Shown here: piece after piece, positions 36,557 through 48,983 of the stretch
Layout of the letters: every line of letters begins with the position of its first letter
Numbering within the stretch: position 1 is the stretch's first letter
Assembly: GCA_023920165.1 (NCBI GenBank)
Contig: CP089276.1
Coordinates: 2,852,001-2,916,000, forward strand
DNA from: Curvularia clavata
Lineage: Eukaryota
Length of the DNA stretch: 64,000 bases
Direction of reading: 5' to 3'
Translations under genes and position numbers: made by a program
Notes under the pieces: generated by a model
Seen by the model: only the letters and a program-made list of their open reading frames with translations
Database searches by the model: none
Told to the model about the DNA's origin: nothing

Positions 36557-37501
36557 ATGCTCTCCATACTTCGTAGCCTCACGCTCCTTACACTGCCCTT
36601 GCTGGCAGTAGCTCAATCCGCAGCCGATGGCTACACTGGCTACAAACTCGACGTCCGAGATGACGGTGACCCAACCGCGGTGCTGTACGAGACAGAAAAC
36701 ACGTCTTCATCCAATATCTCGGCCTTGAACCCCGTACCGGATGTCCTGCTCAACGCCTCGGTGCACGTAGGCGAGATCTTTGTCGGTGTCGACAATCTGA
36801 CGGCCAAGATCAATCTCGATGCCCAGGTGCTCAAGTTGCTGCAGTTCAACGCGGGCGTCGACCTATCCATCGACAAGGTCTCGCTCCTCATCCAAAATGT
36901 CACTGCCAAAGTCTATCTCGAGGCCCGCCTGGGTAACCTCGTGACCATGGTCAGCGACGTCCTCGACAGCATTGACCTCAATCCCATCATTGCTGAGCTG
37001 GGCAACAGCGTCGGTGAGATCGTCGGCGATGTAGGCGATGCCGTTGGCGGAATCGTAGGCGGCATTACCGGCGGTGGCAGCGGCAGCAACGGAACAAGCG
37101 CCCAAGCCCAAGCCAAACGCGACATTGACTTTCACCAATGGGACCTTCGTAACAACATCCTCTACTCAGTCAACAACTTCGAAGGCAACACCAACAAGCG
37201 TCGTGTCCTGGCGCAAAACGGCGATATTGTCGAGCAAATACTCGACAACTCCGGCACCATCTCGTCCAGCACTGTCGTTGGCAACTACCTCACCAACATG
37301 AAGTTCAACGGCTTCAACGAGTCCGTTACTTTCAAAGGCGAGGAGGTCTGGGAGGAGGAGTACATCTACGAGCCATTTTTGGGCTTGTACTCCATCTCTG
37401 GTGTTTTCAAGCGCAAGACCAACGGCGAGGTTGTCGGCACGCAGTTGCTAGCCGAGGCACGGGGTGGCGGTAGCGCGAGCATTGGGAATGAAAAGGCATA
37501 A
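36557..37501 (+). CDS. Secreted protein of unknown function, paralog B (314 aa, intronless)
   Basis: Signal peptide MLSILRSLTLLTLPLLAVA. Strong C-ending codon bias. Shares the PDVLLN...RLGNLV...DLNP domain with paralog A. Confidence 0.87.
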   Translation: MLSILRSLTLLTLPLLAVAQSAADGYTGYKLDVRDDGDPTAVLYETENTSSSNISALNPVPDVLLNASVHVGEIFVGVDNLTAKINLDAQVLKLLQFNAGVDLSIDKVSLLIQNVTAKVYLEARLGNLVTMVSDVLDSIDLNPIIAELGNSVGEIVGDVGDAVGGIVGGITGGGSGSNGTSAQAQAKRDIDFHQWDLRNNILYSVNNFEGNTNKRRVLAQNGDIVEQILDNSGTISSSTVVGNYLTNMKFNGFNESVTFKGEEVWEEEYIYEPFLGLYSISGVFKRKTNGEVVGTQLLAEARGGGSASIGNEKA

Positions 37502-39302
37502 GCTAATCGTGGTATATGCCCTTTCTACATAGTAGTTTTCCTTGTGGAATAAGTAAATTCACAGTTACGGAAATATTAATGTCTTTTCATGATTTTATCC
37601 AACTTGCTGCATCTTTTTCCACATGTCCTACTGCATATTTCCAGGTTCACACTGCATATTCACATACACACATACTTGCACAACCAATCCTACACTACAC
37701 TATCGCTTTCTTGCCTTTTTTTCCCACCGGCATCACACGTCCAAGGAAATGCTTTGCCGAAGGCAGCAAGTCAAGGCCTAGTCCAGCCCAAATCACCCCA
37801 CACGCATCCGCCCGCCCTGTCGAAGCGAAATTACCCATATCCCCCCCATCGAACATTGCATGGTTCCAGACCGGCAGATCGACGATGATGTCACGACCCG
37901 CTCTTGTCGCAAATCGCGAGTCTCGTTCGCTTTTAGGCACAGGCCAGGCCAAAAAAGCGGTCTGATTTCCTTCATGTGCCAATGTGCAAGGGGTTGTATT
38001 TTGCATAATGTGGGTACATAGGCACGTGGCCGATATGAGAGACATCCTGGTCTATAGTTGCTGGGGAAAGGGACGGTTTGGGAAAGGCGATATGGAGTCA
38101 CGTGAAATACTCGGAGCGCGTTGCGATGTGATAATGGGAACTTGGGCGGTGCGTGGGTGTAGAAGAGCCGGGAATGTTGTTGGTTGTTTTGACGCGTTGA
38201 TGGGTGTGCGACATAGGTGGAGAGATGGACGTTTTGTTTTGGATATATATAGATGGAAGTCTGGTCTAAGCAAGAATTACTTCACAGAATCAAAACTACA
38301 TCTTTGGCTAGAATCGAAGCACAACTCTTGGCTTTGTGTAGAAAACATGTACTCTTTGTGATGTAGCACCTAATCAAGCTTTGAGTATATGTAGAATGTC
38401 TTCTCGGAGGAGATGGTGCAGCAAGATACGAGGTACAACTCAAGAAACCAGGAGGCGGCCGACAATAAGAGTCTGAGTAGTAGTCGTTAGTAGTAAACTG
38501 GGTAAAGAAGGCGCCTATCTATACCTGGAAAGAAATCCCCAATATATGCCGGCGGTCTAGTCACGTGCTACAACACCATAATAGCCACCTTGTTGACTCA
38601 ATACAACACCAGCAATTGGGATTCGGATTTATCATTTATGCCTTGAATTGCAGGCTAGCTTTTGGTTGTCTGAGCCACATAAAGTATTGTGACATGGTAT
38701 CAATATTTGATTGTTTACCGGCATTTCCTATCACCAAGAGCTTTGGGAGATCCCTTGATTACTGCGCTGGGAAGAGTAGCATCACATTAAAAGACAGTTG
38801 CTGATACAACATCTCGGACGTCAGATATGGTGGCATGTGGGCGGTTCTAAGACATCGCCTTATTCCAGAATAAGAACCGGTAAATTTTTACATCAGCAGA
38901 CATGAGACGCGAAACAGTCTCTGTGCTTTCTACTGGAAGCAGGCATTTAGAAGAGAGCTTAGACTTTTCAGAGATGACCACACAAACTTGCTGGAGCAAC
39001 ATTTACGCCAAGAACCAGACAGGGTTTCACATGAACAATAGAAGATACAGCTCAATTAAAGTAGCCGGACATGGCAAGCAATATTAGAGAATCAATTTTA
39101 ACAAGCTCCTCATTCTTCGTACCACACTAATACGCTAATGATTCTATAGCATCAATATCAGCCAACGAAAACGCCTATCCGAACTCCCATGCTATGTCAT
39201 GAATGCATCCGAGAAAGCAAGCTCGGCCGTAGAGATGAGAGTCCCGTATCTATATCCCAAGACGAACCAAAACGCCTCGTAAAGATGAATATCTCAACCG
39301 CA

Positions 39303-40292
39303 TCATATACCTTCATCATCTTGCCTCTCCAGCCTCCCCATCAAACCCCCCCTCACTTTGGTATTCACCACTCCACCGACCCCAAACGCCGGCACAATCC
39401 GACAAATCCTCGCGGCGGCACTCTTTCCCCAATCCCTCAGGACTCTCGCCGCTCTTCCATCTTCACCACCAACAGACACGCCGGGCCTGTTGTATAAATC
39501 CAGCCCGAGCAGATGCAACGGGGTACTGAACAGCTGGACCGCCGCCGGCGTCACAAACTGCGCCACACTCAGCGCACCCACATACTTTTTCATATTCTCG
39601 CCCAGGCGCTGTTCCAGCGCGGGTGCCAGCAGCGGGGGCAGATTGAAACTGGCAAAGATGGTAAGACAGTCGCGGACGGTAAACAGGGCAAAAGTAGGCA
39701 AGGGGACGGGCCTAGGCTTGGATCCTGGCGCTGCAAAAAGCCGTGTGAATTGATTATCTTTGTACAAGCAGAGCGCCAGGTTGGCGGAGCTGGTCGCTAC
39801 GAATTTGCTTGTGCCGCTAGTTTGCAGCTGCAGGGACTGAGCAGGCGTCATGGTTGCGGCGGCGGTATCGATGCTATTGGCAGTGAGGTAGGTGCCAAAG
39901 TACAAGCTGAAGATGAGGGCGAAGGGCTTGCTGGCTAGGAAGCGATGCGGCTTTGTGAGGAGCTGCAGCGCGCTTTGCTTGAGGCTGGCGCCGAGTGTGT
40001 TTCTACCGCTGGCGTTCTCGATGATGCCTTTGTCAATCATGGTGATTATGGGCGCGACGAGGAGCCCTGCTGCGCCCGCAGAGACCATGTCTGCGCCAAT
40101 GCGCATGCCCAGCTTCGAAGTATTCCATTCGCGGGGCGTGTCCCTGGGTGTCGTTGCGGCGGCTTTGGTCGGCGCGCGCATGGTCGGGATGGGAAGTTTG
40201 GGTCTGGGAAGGGCGATGGCGGGCGCTTGGGGTCCCGTCTCTGTGGGCGCAGACGTAGAGAACTTCACACTGCTGGCTTGTTCTTCCCCCAT
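39303..40292 (-). CDS. Uncharacterised multi-pass membrane protein (mitochondrial carrier/sideroflexin-like)
   Basis: ATG at 40292. Hydrophobic segments with helix-breaking prolines (LLVAPIITMID, FSTPLHLLGLD, RICRIVPAFGVGGVVN). The family call is tentative. Confidence 0.7.
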   Translation of the reverse strand: MGEEQASSVKFSTSAPTETGPQAPAIALPRPKLPIPTMRAPTKAAATTPRDTPREWNTSKLGMRIGADMVSAGAAGLLVAPIITMIDKGIIENASGRNTLGASLKQSALQLLTKPHRFLASKPFALIFSLYFGTYLTANSIDTAAATMTPAQSLQLQTSGTSKFVATSSANLALCLYKDNQFTRLFAAPGSKPRPVPLPTFALFTVRDCLTIFASFNLPPLLAPALEQRLGENMKKYVGALSVAQFVTPAAVQLFSTPLHLLGLDLYNRPGVSVGGEDGRAARVLRDWGKSAAARICRIVPAFGVGGVVNTKVRGGLMGRLERQDDEGI

Positions 40293-41169
40293 TGTAGCTT
40301 CCTCCGGTGATTCACAAACTCTCTTCTCTTTCTGTGCTGCATGTGAAAGCCCGCTGATGCGCTCTGGTTGCACGGTCTTCGCTCAACGGCGCCTAGAGAT
40401 GGCCGGCCGTACGACGCTTCGAGGGAAGGACGAGATGTTAGCAAGCTGTGAAATCTGAGCGAGATAAGCAGCTATGAAGTGCTTGCGGGATTTGGGACAG
40501 CAGATCCGCTGACGAATACATATATCGGCGTTTAGCGGTGCCCAACATGATCCTCTCCGGCGTTCAAACACCGACGTCGGAGCAGAAGCAACCGAGTCGG
40601 CCTCTTTGCGCATTCATTGGTCAATTATACAAAACGCCAGATTCTCTATCAAGCCACACTTGGGGAAGATGGCTAGTATCGGCTGAGCCATGTTGCACTT
40701 GATTTCCCAGAAGAAACCTCATTCTTTGTAGAATTAAGAGCGGAGTGAAATTATCAGGTATATTCGATGAACAGACAAGCCATTTTGTCCCTTCCCCATC
40801 ATTGCTCATCCACCACATTGCTTAAACCAGAAGCCTTCCCTCATAAATCTATTCTCAAACCCCCTGTAGCAATGAAAATGACTGCAGACCCTCAAAAGAA
40901 CTGATCCTGAAGAAAGGAACCCGCTTGCCGTCATGCACTTATTGCTCCACAGACTCCGCAAACGCCGTTCGCTCCCGGAGGCATGGGACCCTTATGCAAC
41001 GCCGAAAGCAAGAAAAAAAAGGAGACAAGAAAGAACAGGGGCCAAGGTAGCGGGCCATGCCGAAGGGTAAAAGCTTTACCACTACCGCACAAAGGCACCA
41101 ACTGCCATACACGAAGAGAAAGGATAACAAAGGGGGGGAATTAGAACAAGAATAAGAAAAAGAACAGCC

Positions 41170-43402
41170 TCATCTTCTGCCCTTAACGAAAAGCACCAAC
41201 TTGGGGTTCCGCTCCACTGCAATCTCCAGATCCTCGTCGTTCTCAATCGGATAAAGGTAATTATCCTCCTCATCCCTGTACTCGACAAACAATTCCTCCT
41301 CGTCCTCGTCCGGCCTCTCCAGCTTCCTCCGCTCAACAATCTTGTTGTAGAGATCGACGAATTTGAGCGATATGGGCATGCGAATTACCACGCAGTCTTT
41401 GTTTTCGAAAAATACTTTGATCTTGAGAGCGGACGAAGTACCGGTGCCGGTTGTCGTAGAGACGGACGAGTGCGAATGGTTCATAGGCGGGGGATTGAGG
41501 CTTGTCGAGTACGCTTGCGAGGCATTGGATTGACCGCGCTGGTGCGAGGCATAGGTTGAGCCAGTCGAGAAAGGAGTCACCGGAGTGGTGGCCTGCAGTT
41601 GATCGGCAGAAGACTGTCGGCTCGCTGCTCCGTGCGAGGGAGTTGATGAGTGGTGTGATTGCTGGGACAAACGGTATTCTTCGGCGGCGATAACGTCGGG
41701 GTCGATTTCATAGTCGCCCTGTCGTGGGGCAAAGAAGCCCTTGACAAGGTGTCCCTGGGTAATGTGCGGGCCCAGTTTCAGGAGGTTCTTGATGTACTCA
41801 TCGAGATTGGCACGGCGACCATTAGAGATGTTGTCTGTGACGTAAGTAACGGGTCCTGGCATAAATGGCAGTGTTCGCTCTCCCGAACCACTTGTTCCAG
41901 CTTCCACCGGGTAGGAAGCGATTAATTGTATCTGCAGGTCGTAGAAATCCTGATACAGACGTTGCAGCTCCCAGTGGCGGCCGTCCTCCATTTGGCACTC
42001 GATGATGAACCAGAAGATGTCATCAGCAAAGCAGTAGCGTGGCACACATGCCTTGATAGGCGCGAGTAGACTGTCAGAGGAGCGATTCTGATTGCGGGCT
42101 TGGACCATGGAACCGTTGCGCGAGTGGGAGATCTACACGGGGTCAGTATTGCGCGAGGGATGCGGGTACAGAGCACCTACCGAACCAGTCTTCTGGTGAC
42201 CGCTGTTTTGGCCCCGCACGCTCAGGCGCTCCATGCCTTGTTGCAGTGACTGGCCCGAGTTTGTTTCCAGCTTGCCGAGTGGAATGCTGCCATTCTTGTA
42301 GTCTGCGGCCATCTTCTTCCACTCCTCGACCTTGGGCACGCCAGCAGCCGTGACGGCGGCTTGCGTGTCGGCGACTACCTGGCCAGTAGTCATGTCACGA
42401 ATCTCGATAAAAGAAACGGGTATCAGGCCGGGGCCGCCGAGTCTGGTAATGGGCTTTGCGACAAACCACTCGGGGTTGGACTGGGCAATGACAATGATGG
42501 CCTCGCCCTCTTTTGCCTCGAGCTCGTCCGGGCGCTCGGCGTGGAAGTCGTAGATGACGACGCCATAGACCATGGCGCCCGTCTTTCCGGAGCGTGACAT
42601 GCGCATTTGTTGGGTCATAATATCCTGGGCGGAGGGTTGCGGACTCGTAATGCGCTCTTGGTAGCCGGAGTCGTGGGGTTGTTGAGTTGCGGCACGAGGC
42701 GCTGGGGCGGCACCAGCACTGTCGCGCACTGTCTTGCCCACACCCTCAAAGTAGGAGACGGGAACCAGGCCACGGGTGCCGTGCAGCGGATTGCAAGCTT
42801 CGTACCAGTCGCTATCGTCCTCGCGCCCGACAACGTGCAGGAAATCGCCCTGGGAGAAGGCAAGGTAGACCGAGTTTGGGCTGGTGTCGGTGGGCGTGTA
42901 GTCGTATAGGGCTTTTATGACCTGAAATGAGATCGCCGTTAGCCTCGCGCTCATCTACCCCATCGGGAAGCGGGTACCGGGACAGAGCGCCTCGAGCAAT
43001 GAGCAAACGTGGAGCGACTTCAAGGGTTTGGGCACAGGGACTTGTGAAGCCGCTGTGCGCGCAACCGCTGAGGCCCAAGGGAGGGGGGTGGCCCGGAGGG
43101 AGGGGGGCCTAGAGGGCTGCTGTCGCCTGTGTCTTGGGCGGCCCTCGGTGGTTCGCAGATTGGATTCAGCGTCGAGGAGGGTACGTACCTTCTTTGGGGG
43201 CACAATGGCTATAGCATCCTTGGGGGGGATCGAAATGTGGTGTGGGCGGGTGTCCTTTTCGCTCTTGACACTCCTGCGGAACTAGAGAATACCGTTAGCA
43301 CGATGCGCGCCTTGACTCGACCAATGCCCCAGCGCCAGTGCAGGCGCAGGCGCAGGCGCAGGAGCGGGGGCAGAAAAAGCAAAGGGCCATGCATACCTTC
43401 AT
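41170..43402 (-). CDS. BEM1: Polarity scaffold Bem1/Scd2 (SH3-SH3-PX-PB1), 4 exons
   Basis: Coding exons: MK (43402-43397) | FRRSVKSEKD..VPPKK (43281-43189) | VIKALYDY..SH3..YDFHAERPDEL..GLIPVSFIE (42921-42181) | PX (RLYQDFYDLQ, LPFMPGP) and PB1 (LKIKVF..YRDEED..NDEDL). Confidence 0.95.
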
Positions 43403-45073
43403 CGTGGGTTTGGGAGCGATGAGAGCGAGGGTTGCGCAGAGAACGCAGACGACGACGGTGACGTGAGGAGCAGTCAGGAGGTGTCAGGAACTTGACTGGC
43501 TGGATGCTGTCTGACTGTCGACCGGGGATGGGGCGTGTGCGGGGGCGAGTACGCGGCGGATTGAGAGCAAGGTGGATCTGAGTCGTGTGGTCGTCTTGTG
43601 GCGAGCAGAGGCAAAGGAACAAGGGAAAGGGAAACGTCTGGGGCCGGGCACGGGGATTGTCGTCACGTCAGGAACGCAAAGAGGCGCAGTAGCGAAAAGT
43701 TTAGGAAATGAGTGGGTGCTTTCACTGCAAACGGATCCCAGCCCTGCATCACGGCCGACTTGGCAGCCTGCCCGCTGCCGACTGCTATACGAAATACAGT
43801 GCTACTTTACACCTACACCCACCACCACTACTGTGCGTACAGTGCCGCTGCAATATGCGCCAGCCAGCCGCTGACGACACTGCCAGCCCGCCACCCAGCC
43901 CGCCACGAGACCAAGTACCGCAGAAAAATAAAAATAATCCAAATATCGCCTCTTCCAAACGCCTGGCGCTCTTGTCACCGGCGGCATCCACCATCTTCCG
44001 TGCCCCATTCATGCGTTTCCACCCAATCACCGTCGCGTGCCAGACGACCCTGAAGAGCGCCCCAGGCGTACCTTGCTTCTTCTTCCTGCCTTGTCGTTGC
44101 ATGAACCTGTCATTGTCCCCATGCGAACCCACAATCGGTGCTTTTAATCAACGTCCCTACAGTAATCCCTCTGCTCGTCCGCGTGGGCCTGGCTTGGTCT
44201 AGCCCCACCAAACCCCATCCATGTACTTACTGTACGCCGGTACTACACATCCACCATCACAACGCGCCTTCCCACGCGCTTGCACCCTCGAGCAAAAATC
44301 TTCATGGACCAATGTATTCATCGCTACCATACATTACCCTCCGTGCAAGAGCCTACAGCTGGCGTCTACCACCACTGCATGTCTGCGCCTAGCCCAATCA
44401 CAAGCCCAATCCTCGCCTCCGCCCTGTGATTGGCTGGCTACCAGCGCCTCCAACTGGTGTCCCACAAAGAAGCACGCCTAGCCATCCATCCAACTATCCA
44501 CAGCCCTGCCTAGGCACAAGCTTCCTCTCATTGGCGTCCATGTAACAAACCCAATGTCGTGCCACACCTGCCCAACGCCAAAGCAATCCCGTCTCTTACT
44601 CCTTCGCAACCGGGTGCATCCGTCCCGAGTGCCTGAGACATGACCTTGGACAAGCCCAGTCAGGCCATCTCCAACACCCTCGTTCATCTGCTCCTCTTGT
44701 TCCCGAAACCACGTTTTCCGCTAGGGTTAATGACGTGCCAGGTTACCCCAACTGCGCAAACCCGGTTGATCAAGCGTCAAGCTGAAACTTTGGCTGTAGC
44801 AGAGAAGTCATCTAGAAACTTCCTTGCAGCTAGCGCATAGAACGGCTTCCCCATGTTCCGACTACTGCCATCCAGCAATCAACTGAACTGATACCAGCGC
44901 CCTCGTCCATGCAACCATGACGCTCCAGCTCGAGTAAAAAAGTCCAGACTATGCTGACAGCGACCAAAATGATCAAGTAGGATAATATAAACATTAGTAT
45001 AAACGGGGCACTCGAGCATCCACATCAAAAGGGCCTAGAAGAGACACCACGTAGTGCTGATTTGTCGCTCGCC

Positions 45074-46698
45074 TCATATCTGTCCTTTGATATCTACTTT
45101 GCTGAATGCGGCAGCACGGAGGCTTTCGATTTGCGCCGCTACGTCGCGGACCTTGACCCGATATTGGTGGTTGCCTTGGTCTTCAATAACGTTCTGTGCA
45201 CCGTGGGTTTCGAGAAATTCACGGCATGATTCATCGTTGTCGAAACCAAGCTCATCAGTGAGGAAACGAAGAGAGACATTCATATATCTGCGCCTGTCAA
45301 CAAACCGTTCGACAATAAAAAGAATCCCACAACAATAATAAAAAAATATCAAGCTTACCCGCGAGAAATATTAGCCAGCGCGTGGAGGCGTTCACGCTCA
45401 ACAAACATGTCCATGAGGTAAGCGCCCATGTTCTCGGCTGCAAGGTACAAGCGGAAAAACTTGTGGTAGTTGCCAAGAGCAAGTGAAGATCGGACATCAA
45501 GAGCATGTTTGATCCAGGGATGGGCTTTGTCTGCAGGGGTTAATTCGGCCAACATGTCGTTCATGTCGGTTTTGTTGCACGTATACACAAAATAAAGAAT
45601 GCGGTACGCTTTGAACTCGGCTGGGTTGCCGCCCAGGTTCTGCGCATACAGTGCCTTGAGCTGTGTCTGGCACTGGTTGTACTCACCCAAATCACCTTTC
45701 TCCAGTGATATCCGCGCGTGAATCTCGTATACCTTAACCGTAAAGGCATTCTTGATGTGTTGAACCGTGAGATCCTGGCGCAGGGACTTGAATTGATTAC
45801 AAATGTAGTTGTAGTTCTTTTCTGCCTTCCATTTCTCCATAAGCATGGCCAAAGTCTTCTTGAGCACATGGAGGGGGCGAACAGTCTCAGCCTTTGGAGG
45901 TGCGGTCAGACGGAAATAACTCTTTTCGAGGTTCTCGTTGGTTCCGACGACGGGTCCAGTAGGCATTTCGTCTTCGTCTTTGCGTGGCGAGCCCCAGGGC
46001 GGTGTCGTCTTGGTACTGTTGCTGCCGAGCTGAAAGCGTTGTCGTCGCTTGTCAAGCTCGGCCTGGTCAAACTTACTTGCGGTGCCCGTGAATCCGTTAC
46101 TCTTCTTTTGGCGCTTTTCGGTAGGTCCGTCGCTGTAAGTCATGCGAGATGCTAGGTTAGTTTTGCGCCAAGGTGGGACACTGTCTTGTGCTTGTTCAGC
46201 TGAGGCTTCCTCAACGTCGTGCGCATTGCGCTTCTTCGAAGGCGGGGTTTTCTGGTTAGTGTGCTCGGTAGAGCCGTTTACGTATAGAGATTGCTGCATG
46301 GTGGTTGCAACGCCATTGGCAGCTATGTTGTGCGCCGCCGCATCTCTCCGCTCCTGGAGCAGAAGCTGCTGGGGTAGGGGAAAGGTAGGCCAATGTACCG
46401 TATCATGAGCGTTGCGCTCGGCAAACCAGCCGATCGTGGTCTTGAGCCTCGCTTGCATCTCTGCTTGTGAGATGCCCGGAATCGCGTTGGCTGGGTCGAA
46501 GGCACGTCGAACGTACTCGCGTACTGCAGGCGGCCACTCGACCTTTTTCTTGGGCTGCTCAGGAGCCATACTAGACTGCATGTATGTATGAGTAAAGGCA
46601 GAAGGAACCAGGGAAGTATGAACACTTACAGATGAGGGTGCGGGAACTGGCTGGAGGGTGGTTCGTGGCGTGACGGTGTTGTATGCGGGTGACTGCAT
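45074..46698 (-). CDS. SAC3/GANP-family PCI protein (Thp3/LENG8-like)
   Basis: VVGTNENLEKSYFRLTAPP..VRPLHVL, YICNQFKSLRQDLTVQHIKNAFTVKVYEIHARISLEKGDLGEYNQCQTQL and C-terminal VDIKGQI. Start uncertain (46698 or 46737). Confidence 0.88.
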
Positions 46699-47088
46699 TG
46701 GTCGCGCCCAAGCAACGGTGGCAGAGGGCAGGGACATAGACAAAGGAAAGGGGGCGAAGAGGGGGACGGAAGCGTGAAAGCAGGTTGGGATATGAGAGGT
46801 CGACACAGCACACGCAGGCAGAGATATCAGAGGAGAGGATATACGGATTACGATGATTGTGGAGTCGAGGGTGAGGGTAGGAGGAGCGACGGCCTGTACA
46901 GCGAGGGTGAGTGATTTGCGTTGCGCGTGTGCTAGGCGGGCTGGCCGTTGGCACGCTAACTACAGGCGGCCTAGCGTCGGGCTTATGACGACGTGCCGGG
47001 CTGGGGGCAACAGGCAATGGGCCAGACGACACCAGATTGCAGTGCCATGGCTGTATCTTGCATACACGCTCACTTGCCCATGCTCTGA

Positions 47089-48983
47089 ATGTTCTTGCAC
47101 CAGCTCGACCTCACTACCGCACTGCGCCCGTCGCTCCTGCCGGAGGAGACGCTGCTGTTTGTCCAAGACGCCGTGGGGCTGTACGAGGGGTACGCGCATC
47201 CGCCCAGGACGCTCGTCTGCTGCTGCTGAACATGTGCATAGGAAATTCAAGATACCACAGTACCAGAACGGCCAGTCGTATCTGACCTCGCACCGGGTCT
47301 GCTATGTCGACCACAATGAGCCTCGCAAGAACTCCGTCGCTATCTTCCTGAAAGATGTCGAGAAGCCCGAATTCTATGTATGATTAATCGATATGGCTTC
47401 CTCTATAAGCATTGCAGCGACTGACAATTACAAAGGCTGGTTTCCTCAAATCCTCACCCAAGGTCACCCTCTACCCAAAGCCTTTGAAGCAGCTGACTCG
47501 AGGTGCTTCTGTTGCTCCCACGCCCTCGGTCTCATCCTCGTCAACTCCACCGCGACATAGCAGCCCCGCACCACCACCTCCTGCGAGTGCGACGTGGGTG
47601 TGTCCTATCTGCTCCTTTTCCAATCCCGTTCCTTCCAACTTCGATCCTGCTCTCGCATCTCGCACCCCCATACCGCCATGTCTGGCTTGTGGCATAAAAC
47701 CGCCGACTGTACATGTGGTGAAGGCAGCTATAGCGGCCATGTCGAACCGACCAGCCCCTGGTCCGCCTCCAAAAGACATCAAGAACGGAACACCGCCGCC
47801 TCCTTCGGTTTCCACGACATCACCGTCAGCATGCCCTCGTTGTACCTACCAGAATCACCCTTCTCTACTCAACTGCGAGATGTGCGGCGCATCCTTGACA
47901 ACGGCCATTGACAAGCGATTTGATATGCTTCAGGAGCCTAGCAGATCACAATCTCCGGGTCCGACGCTCTCATCACCATTACAGACTGAGACCATCGAGT
48001 GCATCAAGATTTCCTTCCGTGCTGGCGGGGGTCCCATATTCTTTGAGCGTCTAAAGAATGCCTTAGTGCAGCGCAAATGGCTTCTTCAGAGCGCTCCGCC
48101 TATTCCTAAACCACGACCAACTTCTGGTGCGTTTGAAGACGGGCATACTGCACAATCCGAGACGTCGTCCGCAGAAGTCGAGCGACCACGGGTGGTTGGC
48201 ATTGCTGGTTTGGAGCGACGCGGACTAGAACAGAGACAGAACAATGAGGCCATGATAGGCAGTGCCTTTGAGGATCTTGAAGCTTTGATGACTTCTGCAA
48301 AGGAAATTATCGCTCTGGCAGAACAGTTCGCATCACAAGCCAACCTGGGCACCAATAGCAGCTCCGAAGCAAATGCACTAGCTTCTCAGTCGGCATCTGC
48401 ATTGGGCCTGGTAACGACAAAGGACATGCTTGGCTCCGGCTCGGGTTCCGAATCACTATACGTGTCGGAGCTTTCTAGAAATCTTGCCGAGTGGCTCACA
48501 GACGATACTAATGGCATTCTTCGGAAAGAGGGTGGGATCATGACGCTTGTGGATCTCTGGGCCGTCTTCAATCGTGCCAGGGGCGGTGTTGAACTCGTCA
48601 GTCCCTCGGATTTTGAAAAGGCAGCACGGATGTGGGATACTTTGAAGTTGCCAGTGCGCCTGAGGAAGTTCAAAAGTGGTCTCCTCGTCGTGCAAGGTCG
48701 CGACCGTACTGACGAGAAGACGATTGCTAGTCTTCTGGCTTGGCTGAAGACTCTTCACCAAGAGCCGCCCAGCACGGAAGTCACATGGGATTGGCAAACA
48801 TTCGGCAGAGGAGTGACGGCACAGGAAACGGCAGAAAGGTTTGGCTGGAGTGTCGGTGTTGCGACAGAAGAACTAGAGATGGCTGAAGAAGCGGGTGCTC
48901 TCTGTCGGGAGCAGGGTATTGATGGGTTCCGTTTCTGGGAAAACTGGCTGGTCAAGATGCCGGAGGAGGCCACAGCCACTTGA
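47089..48983 (+). CDS. VPS36: ESCRT-II subunit Vps36 (split GLUE, two NZF fingers, EAP30 domain)
   Basis: MFLHQLDLTTALRP..VGLYEG|KFKIPQYQNGQSYLTSHR..|AGFLKSSPKV; WVCPICSFSN..CLACG; CPRCTYQNHPSLLNCEMCG; GIAGLE..AFEDLEALM; VFNRARGGVELVSP. Confidence 0.95.

Noticed and set aside
37516..39300. Intergenic region with several short ORFs
   Set aside because: No coding signature, and no transposon motifs or terminal repeats seen.
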